A stretch of DNA of 64,000 nt from Candidatus Paraprochloron terpiosi LD05 (GCA_018141785.1 CP073341.1:633251-697250); one strand, 5' to 3'. Positions 1 to 11,433 are shown, counted from the stretch's first letter. Notes: generated by a model from the letters alone, not told the origin. Translations and numbers: made by a program.

Positions 1-2
1 TG

Positions 3-890
3 ATGCGGGAAACAGAACACGAGTTGTTTCTGTTTCTCAGGAACCCGGACAAGCTAAAATTAGACTTAAAATATCGTCCCGGGGTTACCCTCTTACAGGG
101 AGATATGCAAAACATTGGACAATACCAAAGCCTCCTGGAAACTATCAATGTTGCTATTCTCACCGCTGCTGCTTGGGGAGGAGAAGAGGAAACCTATACA
201 ATTAATGTAACCAAAACAATAGAGACGATAAATTTACTCTCTCCCACAATTTGCCAGCAAGTAATTTACTTCTCCACTGCCAGCATTCTAACACAAGACA
301 ATCAATTACTCCCAGAAGCCAAAGATTTAGGAACAGATTATATTCGGACTAAGTACCAGTGTTGCGAGAAATTGGAGGAACTAACCCAGAAGTGTAAAAT
401 TACCACCGTTTTCCCCACTCTGGTATTTGGGGGGGATGAAAATAAACCCTATTCTCATCTTTCTGGAGGTTTACCTGATACAATAAAATGGATGAACCTA
501 GTGCGTTGGTTTCAAGCAGAAGGGAGCTTCCATTTTATTCACGCTCGGGATATTGCTACAGTAGTGAGACATTTGATAGACAACCCTCCTTTAGGAAATA
601 AATTAGTCCTGGGAAATGAACCTTTAACTGCTAATCAAGCCATAGAACAAATCTGTTCTTATCTAGGAAAGCAAATTTATTTTCGCCTCCCCTTATCCCA
701 GTGGTTAGCCAATATCTTTATTCAGCTATTCCGTATTCAAGTAGCTCCTTGGGATAGGTTTTGTATGAATAATCCTCATTTTACCTATCAGAATTACGTA
801 AATCCGGCAACTTTTGGTGATAAACCCTATTGTGCTACAATAACAGATTTACTCCAAATTACTGGTATTTCTACCAGAAGACGACATTGA
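3..890 (+). CDS. NAD(P)-dependent epimerase/dehydratase (extended SDR), probably 5'-truncated by the window edge
   Basis: ORF has AILTAAAWGG, YFSTAS, YxxxK (YIRTK) and FIHARDIA motifs; the N-terminal GxxGxxG is not in the window. Confidence 0.75.
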   Translation: MRETEHELFLFLRNPDKLKLDLKYRPGVTLLQGDMQNIGQYQSLLETINVAILTAAAWGGEEETYTINVTKTIETINLLSPTICQQVIYFSTASILTQDNQLLPEAKDLGTDYIRTKYQCCEKLEELTQKCKITTVFPTLVFGGDENKPYSHLSGGLPDTIKWMNLVRWFQAEGSFHFIHARDIATVVRHLIDNPPLGNKLVLGNEPLTANQAIEQICSYLGKQIYFRLPLSQWLANIFIQLFRIQVAPWDRFCMNNPHFTYQNYVNPATFGDKPYCATITDLLQITGISTRRRH

Positions 891-1880
891 AAATAAAAAA
901 TCCATATCTAACACAAAATTCTCACCACGAACCCTTGACAAAAGCAGAACTATTCAACTATAATAGAAATACAGACTCATCCTCCACTACCAAGTCCAAC
1001 CACTTAAATCTTATCCCGTCGCCTTCGGTAGTAACCCACAAGTTGGCCAAATTAGCAATCTGGAAATTTGTATCTATGAAAAAACAACTCATTATAACTA
1101 TGGCCATGGCTGCCTCTCTCCTCCATGGAGGCCCTGTTCATGCTGTTACTAATAATATCATCCAGCCAAATATTGTTGAGACAACCTTGGATCCTTTAAT
1201 CTCTGTTGAGAATTTCCTAACAGAGGAAACAAATAATATAAATGGCATCATAAATCAATTGGACAACCCCTCATGTCACCTTAGTAATAATACTCATTTG
1301 GTGGCGAATATAGGTTGTTATTTTCAAAGTGATGGAAGTTCTTCTCTCCCCGACGAAACCATAACTTTTACCTTTAATAATGTCGTCACCATCGAAAGCT
1401 TCCTGCTTTGGAGTTCAAACTCGATTGCCGCCATAAATGAATTTGAGTTATTCGCATAAAACAATAGTATGCTTGGTAATAAATATAATCTCAAACTATA
1501 TTTTATGTTAGTAAACATTTAGTATGGATACAACTTTTAGAGCAAATCAAGACACATCACCTGAAGCTCCCGCTCAGAGATTTTCTTTCTCCGCCGTTTC
1601 AACTCAATATGTTCACCTAAATATTCTCAATAATCATAGTAATAATGTTAATAATATTATCAGGATTGGGGAAATAGTCTTTGAAGAAGTACCTTTTGAA
1701 ATTAGTCCCATACCAGGAATTACTTTCCTCCTGGTAATCGCCACAATCGCACGGTTGCGTCATTACTCCCACTAGCTAAAATCTTACCATTGGGGCGGCT
1801 GAAGGCTAAACTATAGACAGTACCGGAATGTCCTGCCTAAACCGCCCAACTTAGGCACTTCCTCCACACAAATCTCTGCT
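853..1880 (+). repeat. Copy A of a ~1 kb direct duplication (intron-free allele)
   Basis: From TCCAAATTACTGG to CAAATCTCTGCT, near-identical to 2777-2953 plus 5492-6316 except for variable internal blocks. Confidence 0.9.
1076..1775 (+). pseudogene. Secreted discoidin/F5-8-like protein with PFE-CTERM (PEP-CTERM variant) tail, disrupted
   Basis: Signal peptide MKKQLIITMAMAASLLHGGPVHA; C-terminal YVHLNIL..IGEIVFE then VPFEISP + TM + basic tail; TAA at 1457-1459 and a frame change before 1524. Confidence 0.65.
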
Positions 1881-1915
1881 AAAGACAACAACTTCTGAAA
1901 AACGTCAAACATTTA

Positions 1916-2725
1916 ATGACAAAAAAGAAAGCCGATATCAGCACGAAAAGATTAATTAGTTTATCCCCAAATGAGTGGAGCCAATGGCTAATGGGAAGAG
2001 CCGAACTTGAAGTGAAAGAGATTATTTCTTCCGAATTTCAGTGGGTGAGTCGAGAAGGAGACGTTTTAGTCAAAGCATATAATTCCGATTTAGGGGAGTT
2101 TTTAATTCTCAATGAGTTACAATTGAGGTATAATAAGAAAATACCCAGAAGAATGAGAGCATATGCAGGGTTAGCAGAGGAAAAATATGAACTTCCCGTT
2201 TATCCAGTGTTGATTAATATACTGGAAGCGTCTTCAGAAACCATTGCTCATTCTTTCCAGAGTAATTTTGCTGGTTTGAAAGCGCTCCAAGAGTATCGAG
2301 TAATAAACCTGTGGGAAGTAGACGTAGATATAGTCTTCCAGCGCAACTTATCCACATTGCTGCCATTAGTACCCATTATGAAAGGAGGAGGGAAAGAAAA
2401 AGTCATCAGACGTGCTTTAGGAGAATTACGACTTCAACAACAACCCCAAGAGTTAGAATCAATATTAGGGTTCTTCGCAACCTACTTTTTAGACACTAGT
2501 TTAGTTCAAGAAATTTTGAGGTGCGATATGGCAATTTTAGAACAATCCCCTTTGTATCGGCAGATAGTCGAAAATAGCGAAAAGCGAGGTATGGAGCGTG
2601 GTATTCAGCAAGTCGCTACTAATATGCTCCGCATAGGTATATCAAGGGAGCAAGTCTCTGAGGCCACAGGACTCTCTGTTGAGCAAGTGGCTCGATTACT
2701 TGAGAAATCAGATTTATCTGAGTAA
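1916..2725 (+). CDS. Rpn/YhgA-like (recombination-promoting nuclease/putative transposase) family protein
   Basis: ADISTKRL, ELQLRY..MRAY, YRVINLWE and the C-terminal EKRGMERG..VATNML..ATGLS pattern typical of cyanobacterial Rpn paralogs. Confidence 0.75.
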   Translation: MTKKKADISTKRLISLSPNEWSQWLMGRAELEVKEIISSEFQWVSREGDVLVKAYNSDLGEFLILNELQLRYNKKIPRRMRAYAGLAEEKYELPVYPVLINILEASSETIAHSFQSNFAGLKALQEYRVINLWEVDVDIVFQRNLSTLLPLVPIMKGGGKEKVIRRALGELRLQQQPQELESILGFFATYFLDTSLVQEILRCDMAILEQSPLYRQIVENSEKRGMERGIQQVATNMLRIGISREQVSEATGLSVEQVARLLEKSDLSE

Positions 2726-2953
2726 AGGCAAAATCCCCCCCCGATATTTTGGTGGGCTGGGGGGGGGATCCAATTATCCAAATTACTGGTATTTCTACCA
2801 GAAGACGACATTGAAAATAAAAAATCCATATCTAACACAAAATTCTCACCACGAACCCTTGACAAAAGCAGAACTATTCAACTATAATAGAAATACAGAC
2901 TCATCCTCCACTACCAAGTCCAACCACTTAAATCTTATCCCGTCGCCTTCGGT

Positions 2954-5491
2954 ATTAGAGTCGAGGGAGATGTTGCCACCTCGCCCCTCTCCTACGAACT
3001 GTACGTGAGACTTTCACCTCATACAGCTCAGGTGCTGTCTATGCCTTTACGGCGCGCTTCGCGAGTCCGTCTTTAATGCGTTTCCGGTGTACCGTTTGCG
3101 CCTGATGACATTCTCGGTGGAGAGCAACCAGATTTTTACATCTCCAGTTGTTATGGTTACCATCTATGTGGTGCAACTCCACGGCTCCATCTATCTCCAT
3201 GAACTTACGATTGCAATGCGGACATACATTCTTCTGTCGCCTGAGGGCTTCAGCGGTTGGTCCATCATATAATTTGGAATTTCGACCGACCCAATAGGAG
3301 ATATTCCCATCGTAGGGTGAGGCACCACCTTCAACCATCGCGTGGCTATTGACTTTCCAGGGAACTGCTGGGAGAGCTTTCTTAATCTGCTCTGATGTGA
3401 GCGCGCGAGGCGCGCTCCTAAGGGTTTACCCTTAGTTGCCAGACGTCTTGCTTTCTCAGCTTCCTTTTGAGCCATCCTGCGTTTTTCTGCTCGAAGGTTT
3501 GCGCCATAACCATATCCGCAGTGACCATAGGGCGTGTTTACTCATATCGCAGTGCTTGTGATATTGCCTCCAACCTCGGACTTGCGACTCTATCCTTTTC
3601 AGGCGAGCCTTCGTGGTTGTGCCATTTCTCCAAGTGGCCTTTACCTTAGCCTTTATGTCCGCATAATTCTCGGAACTCGGTGTGGATTTGAAGACTCCAC
3701 GGGAATTGACACGAAAGCGCCACCCCAGGAAATCGAACCCGTCCGTAGCTTTACTCACCTTAGTCTTAGTTTCATTGATTTTTAGCCCGGAAGACTCCAG
3801 GAATTTGTCTATATCTTTCCGTAACCGCTGGATGTCAGATTCGGGTTTACAGATAAAGACCGCGTCGTCTGCGTAACGAATGCCCCTTATACCTTCTGAC
3901 CATCTGTAGTACTTTTGACCGGACTTTTTCCCGCTTTTGTGGGTGTATTCTGTCCTGACCTTCTGGTCATTTCCTAGATTCTCGAATCCATCTAGGGCGA
4001 TATTGGCCAGTAGTGGCGAGATAACCCCGCCTTGGGGCGTACCCTTAATACTGGAGGGGTATTCACCACGAACGCCAGCTTTTATTGCTATCTTGAGTCC
4101 CCTTAAGGCTTCGGTTGGTAAGACTACTTTCTTGAGCATGACCTGGTGGTCTATCTCATCGAAACATTTGCTGATGTCTGTTTCCAGTATTAGCTTATTC
4201 TTACCATTTGCCTGGCTGTTTAGATTCTGGGAGATTAGCCTTTGTGCGTCCGCAGTACAGCGTCCGGGTCTGAAGCCGTAGCTTCTTTCTCCGGCAGTCG
4301 CCTCGTAGGCAGGCTCTGCTGCTAACTTAAGCAATGCTTGCCATGCCCGGTCGGCTATCGTTGGAATGCCTAATCCCCTTGTTTTGCCGTTTGGCTTGGG
4401 GATATTTACCCTTCTCAGTTGCTGGTGTTTCCAGTGGTGCCAGTGCTTGTTGAGCCTTTGACACAACACTAGACGCTCTCTGGTAGAAAGCGCTGTTTTG
4501 CCATCAACTCCGGGGGACTTACGCCCTGTGTTTAACTGTGTTACTTGTTTGACGGCCAGTGCTTGGGCAGCACGACTCTGTAATAGGAGCCGTTGTAAAC
4601 GTTTGACCTTGGCTTTTTGACCGTTCTTTTGCGCTTTAAAGATTGCCCGCTGTAATCGAAATACCTGCCGTTGGAATTTCTTCCATGGCAAGTCCTTCCA
4701 GACATCGTCAGCCCTCCGGCCAATCTTCCCCGCCAGCAGGAATACTGCTAGGTGGAGCCTCAAGGCTTTTAGACTGCGGTATTCGATTGGAGTCTGGTTA
4801 GTGATATTCACAGTTTGACCTCATTAGTCGCTCTGATAATTACATTGGGTCTCTTCTCTGTAGAAACCATCGGGCAGTTACGCCCTCTCTTACCCTCGCT
4901 CTTCCGTTAGGCCGTTAATCAAGCGACCCCACCACTCCTGCTCCTGCGCAGCCGCGCCTGAGCAGGCATTGTTGGGATTGGACTCCCCTGTTTCCGTGGA
5001 AGTTAAGCGAGTTTTTACTCGTTCCGAACGAACTATTGTTACGAACCCTTGGGACTCATCCATTGACCTATCACCAACTCAGGAATGTAAGTAGTGTTAC
5101 TTGCCCTTACGAGTCTCTTTCGGTGTCTTTTCTGCTCTCTAGCGGCTTGGCAGTGTTCTTGATTAGGTCTTTTCTTAGATGATTCACGTTAAGTTATCCC
5201 GGTGTTCTTCCTGTTAGCGGCTTTACCATCGAACCGCTCGATAGCTCCGGTTCCGCCCTGCTGCCAGCTTCAGCCTGATGATTAATCTCACTGTGGCCAG
5301 GTAAGGTTTCACGTGATTCCTTCACGGGAGAGACTTTCACTCTCATAGTTCATTCAGTTATCAAGGTTCAGCTGGTCAGGAGTTGTTTCAGCCTGTTTCC
5401 GGGCTTAGATTTCAGCTCCAGTTTGTCTAGAACCCTGCCCTAGCTTCGTTCGGATTACTCCGCGACTTTACTTGCTAGGAACGAGCCGCAC
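2954..5491 (-). mobile_element. Group II intron 1 (family A, IIB-like), intergenic
   Basis: 5' GTGCGGCTCGTT; D5 GAGCTGTATGAGGTGAAAGTCTCACGTACAGTTC; 3' CTCTAAT; the empty site GCCTTCGGT|AGTAACCC is present at 1021-1037. Confidence 0.95.
3039..4811 (-). pseudogene. Intron-encoded RT/maturase/HNH, frameshifted after the RT domain
   Basis: PQGGVISP and YADD in 3456-4811; the X/HNH parts lie in other frames (3191-3475, 3039-3338). Confidence 0.9.
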
Positions 5492-5537
5492 AGTAACCCA
5501 CAAGTTGGCCAAATTAGCAATCTGGAAATTTGTACCT

Positions 5538-6214
5538 ATGAAAAAACAACTGATTATAACTATGGCCATGGCTGCCTCTCTCCTCCATGGAGGCCCTGTT
5601 CATGCTGTTACTAATAATATCATCCAGCCAGATATTGTTGAGACAACCTTCGATCCTTTAATCTCTGTTGAGAATTTCCTAACAGAGGAAACAAATAATA
5701 TAAATAACATTATAAATCAATTGGACAGCCCCAGATGTCTCTTTCCAGGCTTGGATGATAATTTTAATCAGGCGATAAGTTGTTATTTTATAAGTGATGA
5801 AAGTTCTTCTCTCAGCGACGAAATCATAACTTTTACCTTTAATAATGTCGTCACCATCAAAAGCTTCCTGCTTTGGAATGGAGCTATAAATCAAGGCATA
5901 AATCAATTTGAGTTATTCTTAGATAATAACTCAAATTTTAGTGATAATATCATAACTAAACTTAGTAGTAAGACAACTTTTATGGACAACAAATTACATC
6001 ATTGAATATTCCCCTTCAGAGATTTTCTTTCTCCGCCGTTTCAACTCAATATGTTCACCTAAGGATTCTCAGTAATCATGATGATGCTCATAATCATATC
6101 AGTATTACGGAAATAGCCTTTGAAGAAGTACCTTTTGAAATTAGTCCCATACCAGGAATTACTTTCCTCCTGGTAATCGCCACAATCGCACGGTTGCGTC
6201 ATTACTCCCACTAG
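5538..6214 (+). pseudogene. Paralog of the PFE-CTERM secreted protein, frameshifted near 6000
   Basis: Same signal peptide and C-terminal tail as 1076-1775; two overlapping frames. Confidence 0.65.
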
Positions 6215-6222
6215 CTAGAATC

Positions 6223-6603
6223 TTACCATCCGGGCTGAAGGCTAAACTCCAGACAGTACCGGAATGTCCTGCCTAAACCGCCCAACTTAGGCACTTCCTC
6301 AACACAAATCTCTGCTGCGGAAGCTTCTTGACTAAAAGCTCTTTCTCGCAACCGCAACCACTCTTTTAATACTCCCAAACCCCCTACATGCTCCGGTGTT
6401 TCTTGTTGGGTGTAAAACTCCAGCGATCGACTCTCCCGAATAATTTGCTTTTTCTCCTCCATGACTAAGTCGATATCCCGATCATCTAACACTCCGTTAC
6501 TCACGATCGCCTTTGCAAATACTCGTTGTCCTTGGGATGCCGTCAAACCCAAAGCAGATTGTACCAGTTTTTCTTTTCCTAAGGCAGTGAGGTTAAACTT
6601 CAC
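6223..6603 (-). pseudogene. Internal fragment of a Ycf46-like AAA ATPase
   Basis: EEKKQIIRESRSLEFY..VGGLGVLKEWL motif; breaks at the duplication boundary (~6316) before Walker A. Confidence 0.65.
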
Positions 6604-6626
6604 CCCTGGTGTTTTTCCTAACTTGT

Positions 6627-7232
6627 TCAGTGTGGTTTGATGAGGTATTTGTAACGTTTTGGTAGTGGATAGCGAAAGCTTCTGGATCCAAAAAACCTAC
6701 TGCTGGAGTAAAAACCGATAATTAGTGAAACCTTATCTAGAGAAAACAGATAGCGAATTTTTCTTCTAATAAGATGCTGCACATCAATAATTTTAATTTT
6801 GTATAAATTGACATTTGCTTTTCTCAGCAATTTCAGGTCTTCACTCCCTCCAAACAATACCATTTTTGCAATATGATACCTTTTAAATAAAGTGTGAATA
6901 TATTGACATAGCTCATACAAGGATTTATGTGAAAGCTTTTCTCCAACTGCTTTATCAGCTTTACGGATCTTGTAACTTGGATTGAAGTGCTTCTGATATT
7001 CTCCTTTTCCAACATTTGCAACCGTCTCTGATAACCCAATCGTTTTTCCTACCTGATTAATGATGTTTTTTCTTATAACAATGTCAATGTCATAGCAAAG
7101 CTTCTTACTCTCCAGAATAGGTATATCTTTTTCTGAATCAGATATAACTGCACCAATCTCTGTTGGGATAAAGTCTTTCCTGTTAGAACCATAAATTTGC
7201 CCCCATTCCATATCAAAAAATAGAGTCTTCAT
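6627..7232 (-). CDS. Hypothetical protein with DEDD exonuclease-like N-terminus
   Basis: FFDME..IPTEIGAV and GSEDLKLL motifs; low GC. Confidence 0.45.
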   Translation of the reverse strand: MKTLFFDMEWGQIYGSNRKDFIPTEIGAVISDSEKDIPILESKKLCYDIDIVIRKNIINQVGKTIGLSETVANVGKGEYQKHFNPSYKIRKADKAVGEKLSHKSLYELCQYIHTLFKRYHIAKMVLFGGSEDLKLLRKANVNLYKIKIIDVQHLIRRKIRYLFSLDKVSLIIGFYSSSRFFGSRSFRYPLPKRYKYLIKPH

Positions 7233-7686
7233 CTACTTCTAGTTAATCCAAACTGTTCTTCAGAAGCAAAGAATGCCTTTAACTGCTAGCCTAACGGCCT
7301 TGAGGCTAGCGGTGCGACACCATCTTTCGGGTAGTACCGATCGCCCCTGTCTCCCAGAGCATCTGCTACGGTGAATGGTGTGCGATTCGTTGAGCGGGTC
7401 GAAGGAGTATATTGCTATACTCCAACTCCCTGTCGTTAAACACTTAGATTGTGCAGAGGCTACATTTCCCTAGCGGGAGTTTATATGTAATGATGCTTAT
7501 TATTAAGCCACTTTCCCTCCCAACCAATCGCCCCACTTGTACAAATTTCCCCCATTGTAAATCCCAATCACCCCATTTGTCAAGACAATCCCAGATGAGT
7601 TAACATAAATTTACAATATCAAATCGAATGGTAGGGGCACCTTGAGGAAGGCTGCCCTGCCCTATAAGACCCAGGAGGCTCAAAGC

Positions 7687-9540
7687 GTGAGTAAAAATAA
7701 TAAAAAATGGCGCAATGCAGGACTATATGCACTACTAGCAATAGTAGTCATAGCCCTGGGAACCGCCTTTTTAGACGATCAACAGACCCTAAGTCGTCCC
7801 GTATTAAAGTACAGCGAATTCATCAACCAAGTCGAAAATAATCAAATCGATCTGGTCCGCCTCAGCGCTGATCGCACCCAAGCTCAAGTGCCTAACCCGG
7901 AAGGAGGTCAGCCAATACTCGTCAACCTCCCCAACGATCCTCAACTAATTAACATTCTCACCAAAAACGAGGTAGACATTGCCGTTCTCCCCCCCAGTGA
8001 CGATGGCTTCTGGTTCCGCGCCCTGAGCAGCCTGTTCTTACCTATCTTGCTGTTGGTGGGACTGTTCTTCTTGCTGCGTCGGGCTGGGAGCGGTTCTGGT
8101 TCTCAAGCGATGAACTTTGGTAAGTCTAAAGCCAGGGTGCAAATGGAACCCCAAACTCAAGTAACATTTGCCGACGTAGCTGGGATCGAGCAAGCCAAGT
8201 TAGAATTGACGGAAGTAATAGACTTTCTCAAAAACGCCGATCGCTTCACAGCTATTGGAGCGAAGATTCCCCAGGGCGTTCTTTTAGTCGGTCCTCCGGG
8301 AACGGGTAAAACCCTTTTAGCTAAAGCAGTTGCAGGGGAAGCTGGAGTACCTTTCTTCTCCATTTCCGGTTCCGAGTTTGTGGAAATGTTCGTGGGTGTG
8401 GGGGCTTCCCGAGTACGGGATCTGTTCGAGCAAGCTAAAAACAACGCTCCCTGTATCGTCTTTATCGATGAAATCGATGCAGTAGGTCGTCAGCGAGGAG
8501 CAGGTTTAGGAGGAGGTAACGACGAACGGGAGCAAACCCTGAACCAGTTACTCACAGAAATGGACGGTTTTGAAGGCAATATAGGTATCATTATAGTCGC
8601 CGCTACCAACCGTCCCGACGTTCTGGATGCCGCCCTGTTACGTCCCGGTCGTTTCGATCGCCAAGTAGTAGTGGATCGCCCGGACTATGCTGGTCGTCAG
8701 GAAATCCTCCAAGTCCACGCTCGGGGCAAAACCCTCAGTAAAGATGTAGATCTGGACAAAATTGCCCGTCGTACTCCAGGCTTTACCGGTGCAGATCTCT
8801 CCAACCTCTTGAACGAAGCCGCCATTCTGGCAGCCCGTCGCGACCTGACGGAAATATCCATGGATGAGATCAATGATGCCATCGATCGGGTGCTGGCAGG
8901 ACCGGAGAAGAAAAATCGGGTGATGAGCGAGAAGCGCAAGGAATTAGTAGCCTATCACGAAGCGGGTCACGCTTTAGTAGGTGCCCTGATGCCAGACTAT
9001 GACCCAGTGCAGAAAATCAGCATCATTCCTCGGGGTCGCGCCGGGGGTTTGACTTGGTTCACCCCCAGCGAAGACAGAATGGACTCCGGTTTGATGAGCC
9101 GCTCCTATTTACAAAATCAGATGGCGGTAGCATTAGGGGGTCGTATCGCCGAAGAAATCGTCTTCGGGGAAGAAGAAATAACCACTGGGGCTGCTAATGA
9201 CTTGCAGCAAGTAGCCAGAATAGCCCGCCAAATGGTAACTCGTTTCGGTATGAGCGATCGCCTCGGTCCCGTAGCTTTAGGACGGCAAAACGGCAATGTT
9301 TTCCTTGGACGGGATATTGCCTCTGATCGGGATTTCTCCGACGAAACCGCAGCTACTATCGACGAGGAAGTGAATAATTTAGTAGATCAAGCCTATCGTC
9401 GCGCCAAAGATGTGTTAGTGTCCAATCGTTCAGTTCTGAATCACTTGGCAGAAATGCTGGTGGAGAAAGAAACTGTCGATGCAGAGGAGTTGCAAAAGTT
9501 ACTGGCCAATAATGAAGTGAAAATGGCGGCATCTGTCTAA
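7687..9540 (+). CDS. ftsH: ATP-dependent zinc metalloprotease FtsH (FtsH3-type)
   Basis: [16 protein letters not shown] and HEAGH motifs; N-terminus [13 protein letters not shown]. Confidence 0.97.
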   Translation: MSKNNKKWRNAGLYALLAIVVIALGTAFLDDQQTLSRPVLKYSEFINQVENNQIDLVRLSADRTQAQVPNPEGGQPILVNLPNDPQLINILTKNEVDIAVLPPSDDGFWFRALSSLFLPILLLVGLFFLLRRAGSGSGSQAMNFGKSKARVQMEPQTQVTFADVAGIEQAKLELTEVIDFLKNADRFTAIGAKIPQGVLLVGPPGTGKTLLAKAVAGEAGVPFFSISGSEFVEMFVGVGASRVRDLFEQAKNNAPCIVFIDEIDAVGRQRGAGLGGGNDEREQTLNQLLTEMDGFEGNIGIIIVAATNRPDVLDAALLRPGRFDRQVVVDRPDYAGRQEILQVHARGKTLSKDVDLDKIARRTPGFTGADLSNLLNEAAILAARRDLTEISMDEINDAIDRVLAGPEKKNRVMSEKRKELVAYHEAGHALVGALMPDYDPVQKISIIPRGRAGGLTWFTPSEDRMDSGLMSRSYLQNQMAVALGGRIAEEIVFGEEEITTGAANDLQQVARIARQMVTRFGMSDRLGPVALGRQNGNVFLGRDIASDRDFSDETAATIDEEVNNLVDQAYRRAKDVLVSNRSVLNHLAEMLVEKETVDAEELQKLLANNEVKMAASV

Positions 9541-9611
9541 CTTGCATAGCGGTAGGGAGGCATTGAGGATGCTGTCCCTACTATCCTTCAAGTTATAATC
9601 CTGGAAAACAA

Positions 9612-10079
9612 ATGGCGGCAAGCAGAATTAGGGTGGCAAAAGACAAGGGAGACTTGGTTCAAAGTTTAGTGGAATCTAAGGAAACCACAGGACCTTTTCA
9701 GACCTATGCGGACGTAATTGCATTTGCCGCAGCATTGGGGGCTAAGTATAAAAAGCGTGTCCCTCTCAAAGAAATATCGAAAAAAGAACCAGCACCCATC
9801 GGGTTGGAAATCTTTATTTCCAGGGGCTACGATTTGGCGATTAAATTACTGGCGATCGCCGAGACTAAAGACACGAAAATTATCTCCACTTACGATGCTG
9901 CTGCGGAAGAGGAGAGAATAAAAATCTTTGAAGAGTATGCTAACGGGGGACTGGAGAAACTCCGCCAAGAGTTAAAAGGAGCAGTAGACTATTCCGAGAG
10001 AATCCTCTTAATTCTCAGTCAGGAAAGATTTAAAGAAGAATCTTCAGAAGAAGAATTCGATTTAAGTCGATTTCTTTAA
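9612..10079 (+). CDS. DNA phosphorothioation-associated protein 4 (dnd_assoc_4-like)
   Basis: RIRVAKDK..GPFQTYADVIAFAAALG..IFEEYANGGL resembles the cyanobacterial dnd-associated family (recognised from memory). Confidence 0.7.
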   Translation: MAASRIRVAKDKGDLVQSLVESKETTGPFQTYADVIAFAAALGAKYKKRVPLKEISKKEPAPIGLEIFISRGYDLAIKLLAIAETKDTKIISTYDAAAEEERIKIFEEYANGGLEKLRQELKGAVDYSERILLILSQERFKEESSEEEFDLSRFL

Positions 10080-10092
10080 TTGGGTGTCATTA

Positions 10093-11433
10093 CTATTTAA
10101 TACTTCTACCATTACCATTACCATTCCCATTACTATGGAAAACAGCCCCATTTTTGTATTCGTTTTGTTGCATTACTCTCCTCTTATCTAAGGGAATATA
10201 GGGACGATTATGCTCTCCTATATAAACTTGAGTGGGACGGTAAATGCGGCTATTCCCCAACTGTTCCTTCCAATGAGCTAGCCAACCAGCAACTCGGGCG
10301 ATGGCAAACATCGGTGTAAACAAGTCCGTGGGAATGCCTAACTTCCGATATACCAAACCGGAATAAAAATCTACATTGGCATAAATTCCCTTCTCGCTCA
10401 ATTTTTCCTCTACCACCTTTTCTAACTCAATGGCAATCTTGTAATAAGGATCTTGACCTTTCAGATAGAAGAGTTCTTCTGCCAAACCCTGCAAAATCTT
10501 CGCTCTCGGGTCTTTAACCTTATATACCCGATGTCCGAAACCCATAATTCTTTGCTTCTGCTTAATGCACTTTTCCACATAAGGACCAACATTATCCACG
10601 GAGTCAATGTTTTCCAGCATCTTCAACACTTCTTCATTAGCACCTCCATGGCGCCGACCTCCTAGGGTACCCACTGCGGAAGTAATGACGGTATATGGGT
10701 CAGTTAAAGTGGAAGCTGTCACCAAAGCGGAAAAGGTAGAAGCATTGATAGTATGTTCTGCATGGAGCATCAAACAAATATCCATGATCTGCGCTTCTAA
10801 ATTATCCGGTTTGACTCCCGTCAGCATGTACAAAAAATTAGCTGCGTAGTCCAAATCATTGTTGGGTTTAATGGAATCATTCCCCTCACGGAGTCGATGA
10901 AACCCAGCCACCATGGTAGGTATTTTAGCCAGCAGTTGCACTACTGCTTCGCGAATTTCCACTTCCGCTTCCTCATTTAAAGGATGAAGAGGATGAAACA
11001 GACTCAAAGCTCCTACAGAAGTTTGCAAAGCATGCATCGGATGACCATTGTCCGGGAAGCACCTCATCATACCCTGAATCTTATCATTGATCTCCCGCGC
11101 GTTAAGAATCTGGGTTCTGAAATAATTTAGTTCTTCTTTGATAGGCAGTTTACCCCAGATCAACAAATAAACGGTTTCTACAAAGTTACTATTCTCTTTT
11201 TTTGCCAATTCATCAATTTTAATACCCCGATACTCCAGAATTCCTTTATGTCCGTCAATATAACTAATACTCGATTCTGTAACAGCAATTCCTTCCAGAC
11301 CGGGTTTATAGGGTGGTTGTTTCCCATTAATATCATCAGTACTGGGTTTTAAAAATGATTCTTCACCATTGACCTCTTCCAAACCGTGCTTATAGGATGG
11401 TTGAGTATATTGAATATCTAACGATGATTGCAT
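10093..11433 (-). CDS. gltA: Citrate synthase
   Basis: LHAEHTINAST, HGGANE, GFGHRVYK and YANVDFYSG motifs. Confidence 0.95.
   Translation of the reverse strand: MQSSLDIQYTQPSYKHGLEEVNGEESFLKPSTDDINGKQPPYKPGLEGIAVTESSISYIDGHKGILEYRGIKIDELAKKENSNFVETVYLLIWGKLPIKEELNYFRTQILNAREINDKIQGMMRCFPDNGHPMHALQTSVGALSLFHPLHPLNEEAEVEIREAVVQLLAKIPTMVAGFHRLREGNDSIKPNNDLDYAANFLYMLTGVKPDNLEAQIMDICLMLHAEHTINASTFSALVTASTLTDPYTVITSAVGTLGGRRHGGANEEVLKMLENIDSVDNVGPYVEKCIKQKQRIMGFGHRVYKVKDPRAKILQGLAEELFYLKGQDPYYKIAIELEKVVEEKLSEKGIYANVDFYSGLVYRKLGIPTDLFTPMFAIARVAGWLAHWKEQLGNSRIYRPTQVYIGEHNRPYIPLDKRRVMQQNEYKNGAVFHSNGNGNGNGRSIK

Larger units (their letters stand above)
2777..6316 (+). repeat. Copy B of the direct duplication, interrupted by group II intron 1
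   Basis: Matches 853-1880 once 2954-5491 is removed. Confidence 0.9.

Noticed and set aside
830-1075. Long N-terminal extension of ORF 830-1459, and ORF 2679-3008
   Set aside because: Non-coding duplicated upstream DNA; the signal peptide begins at ATG 1076
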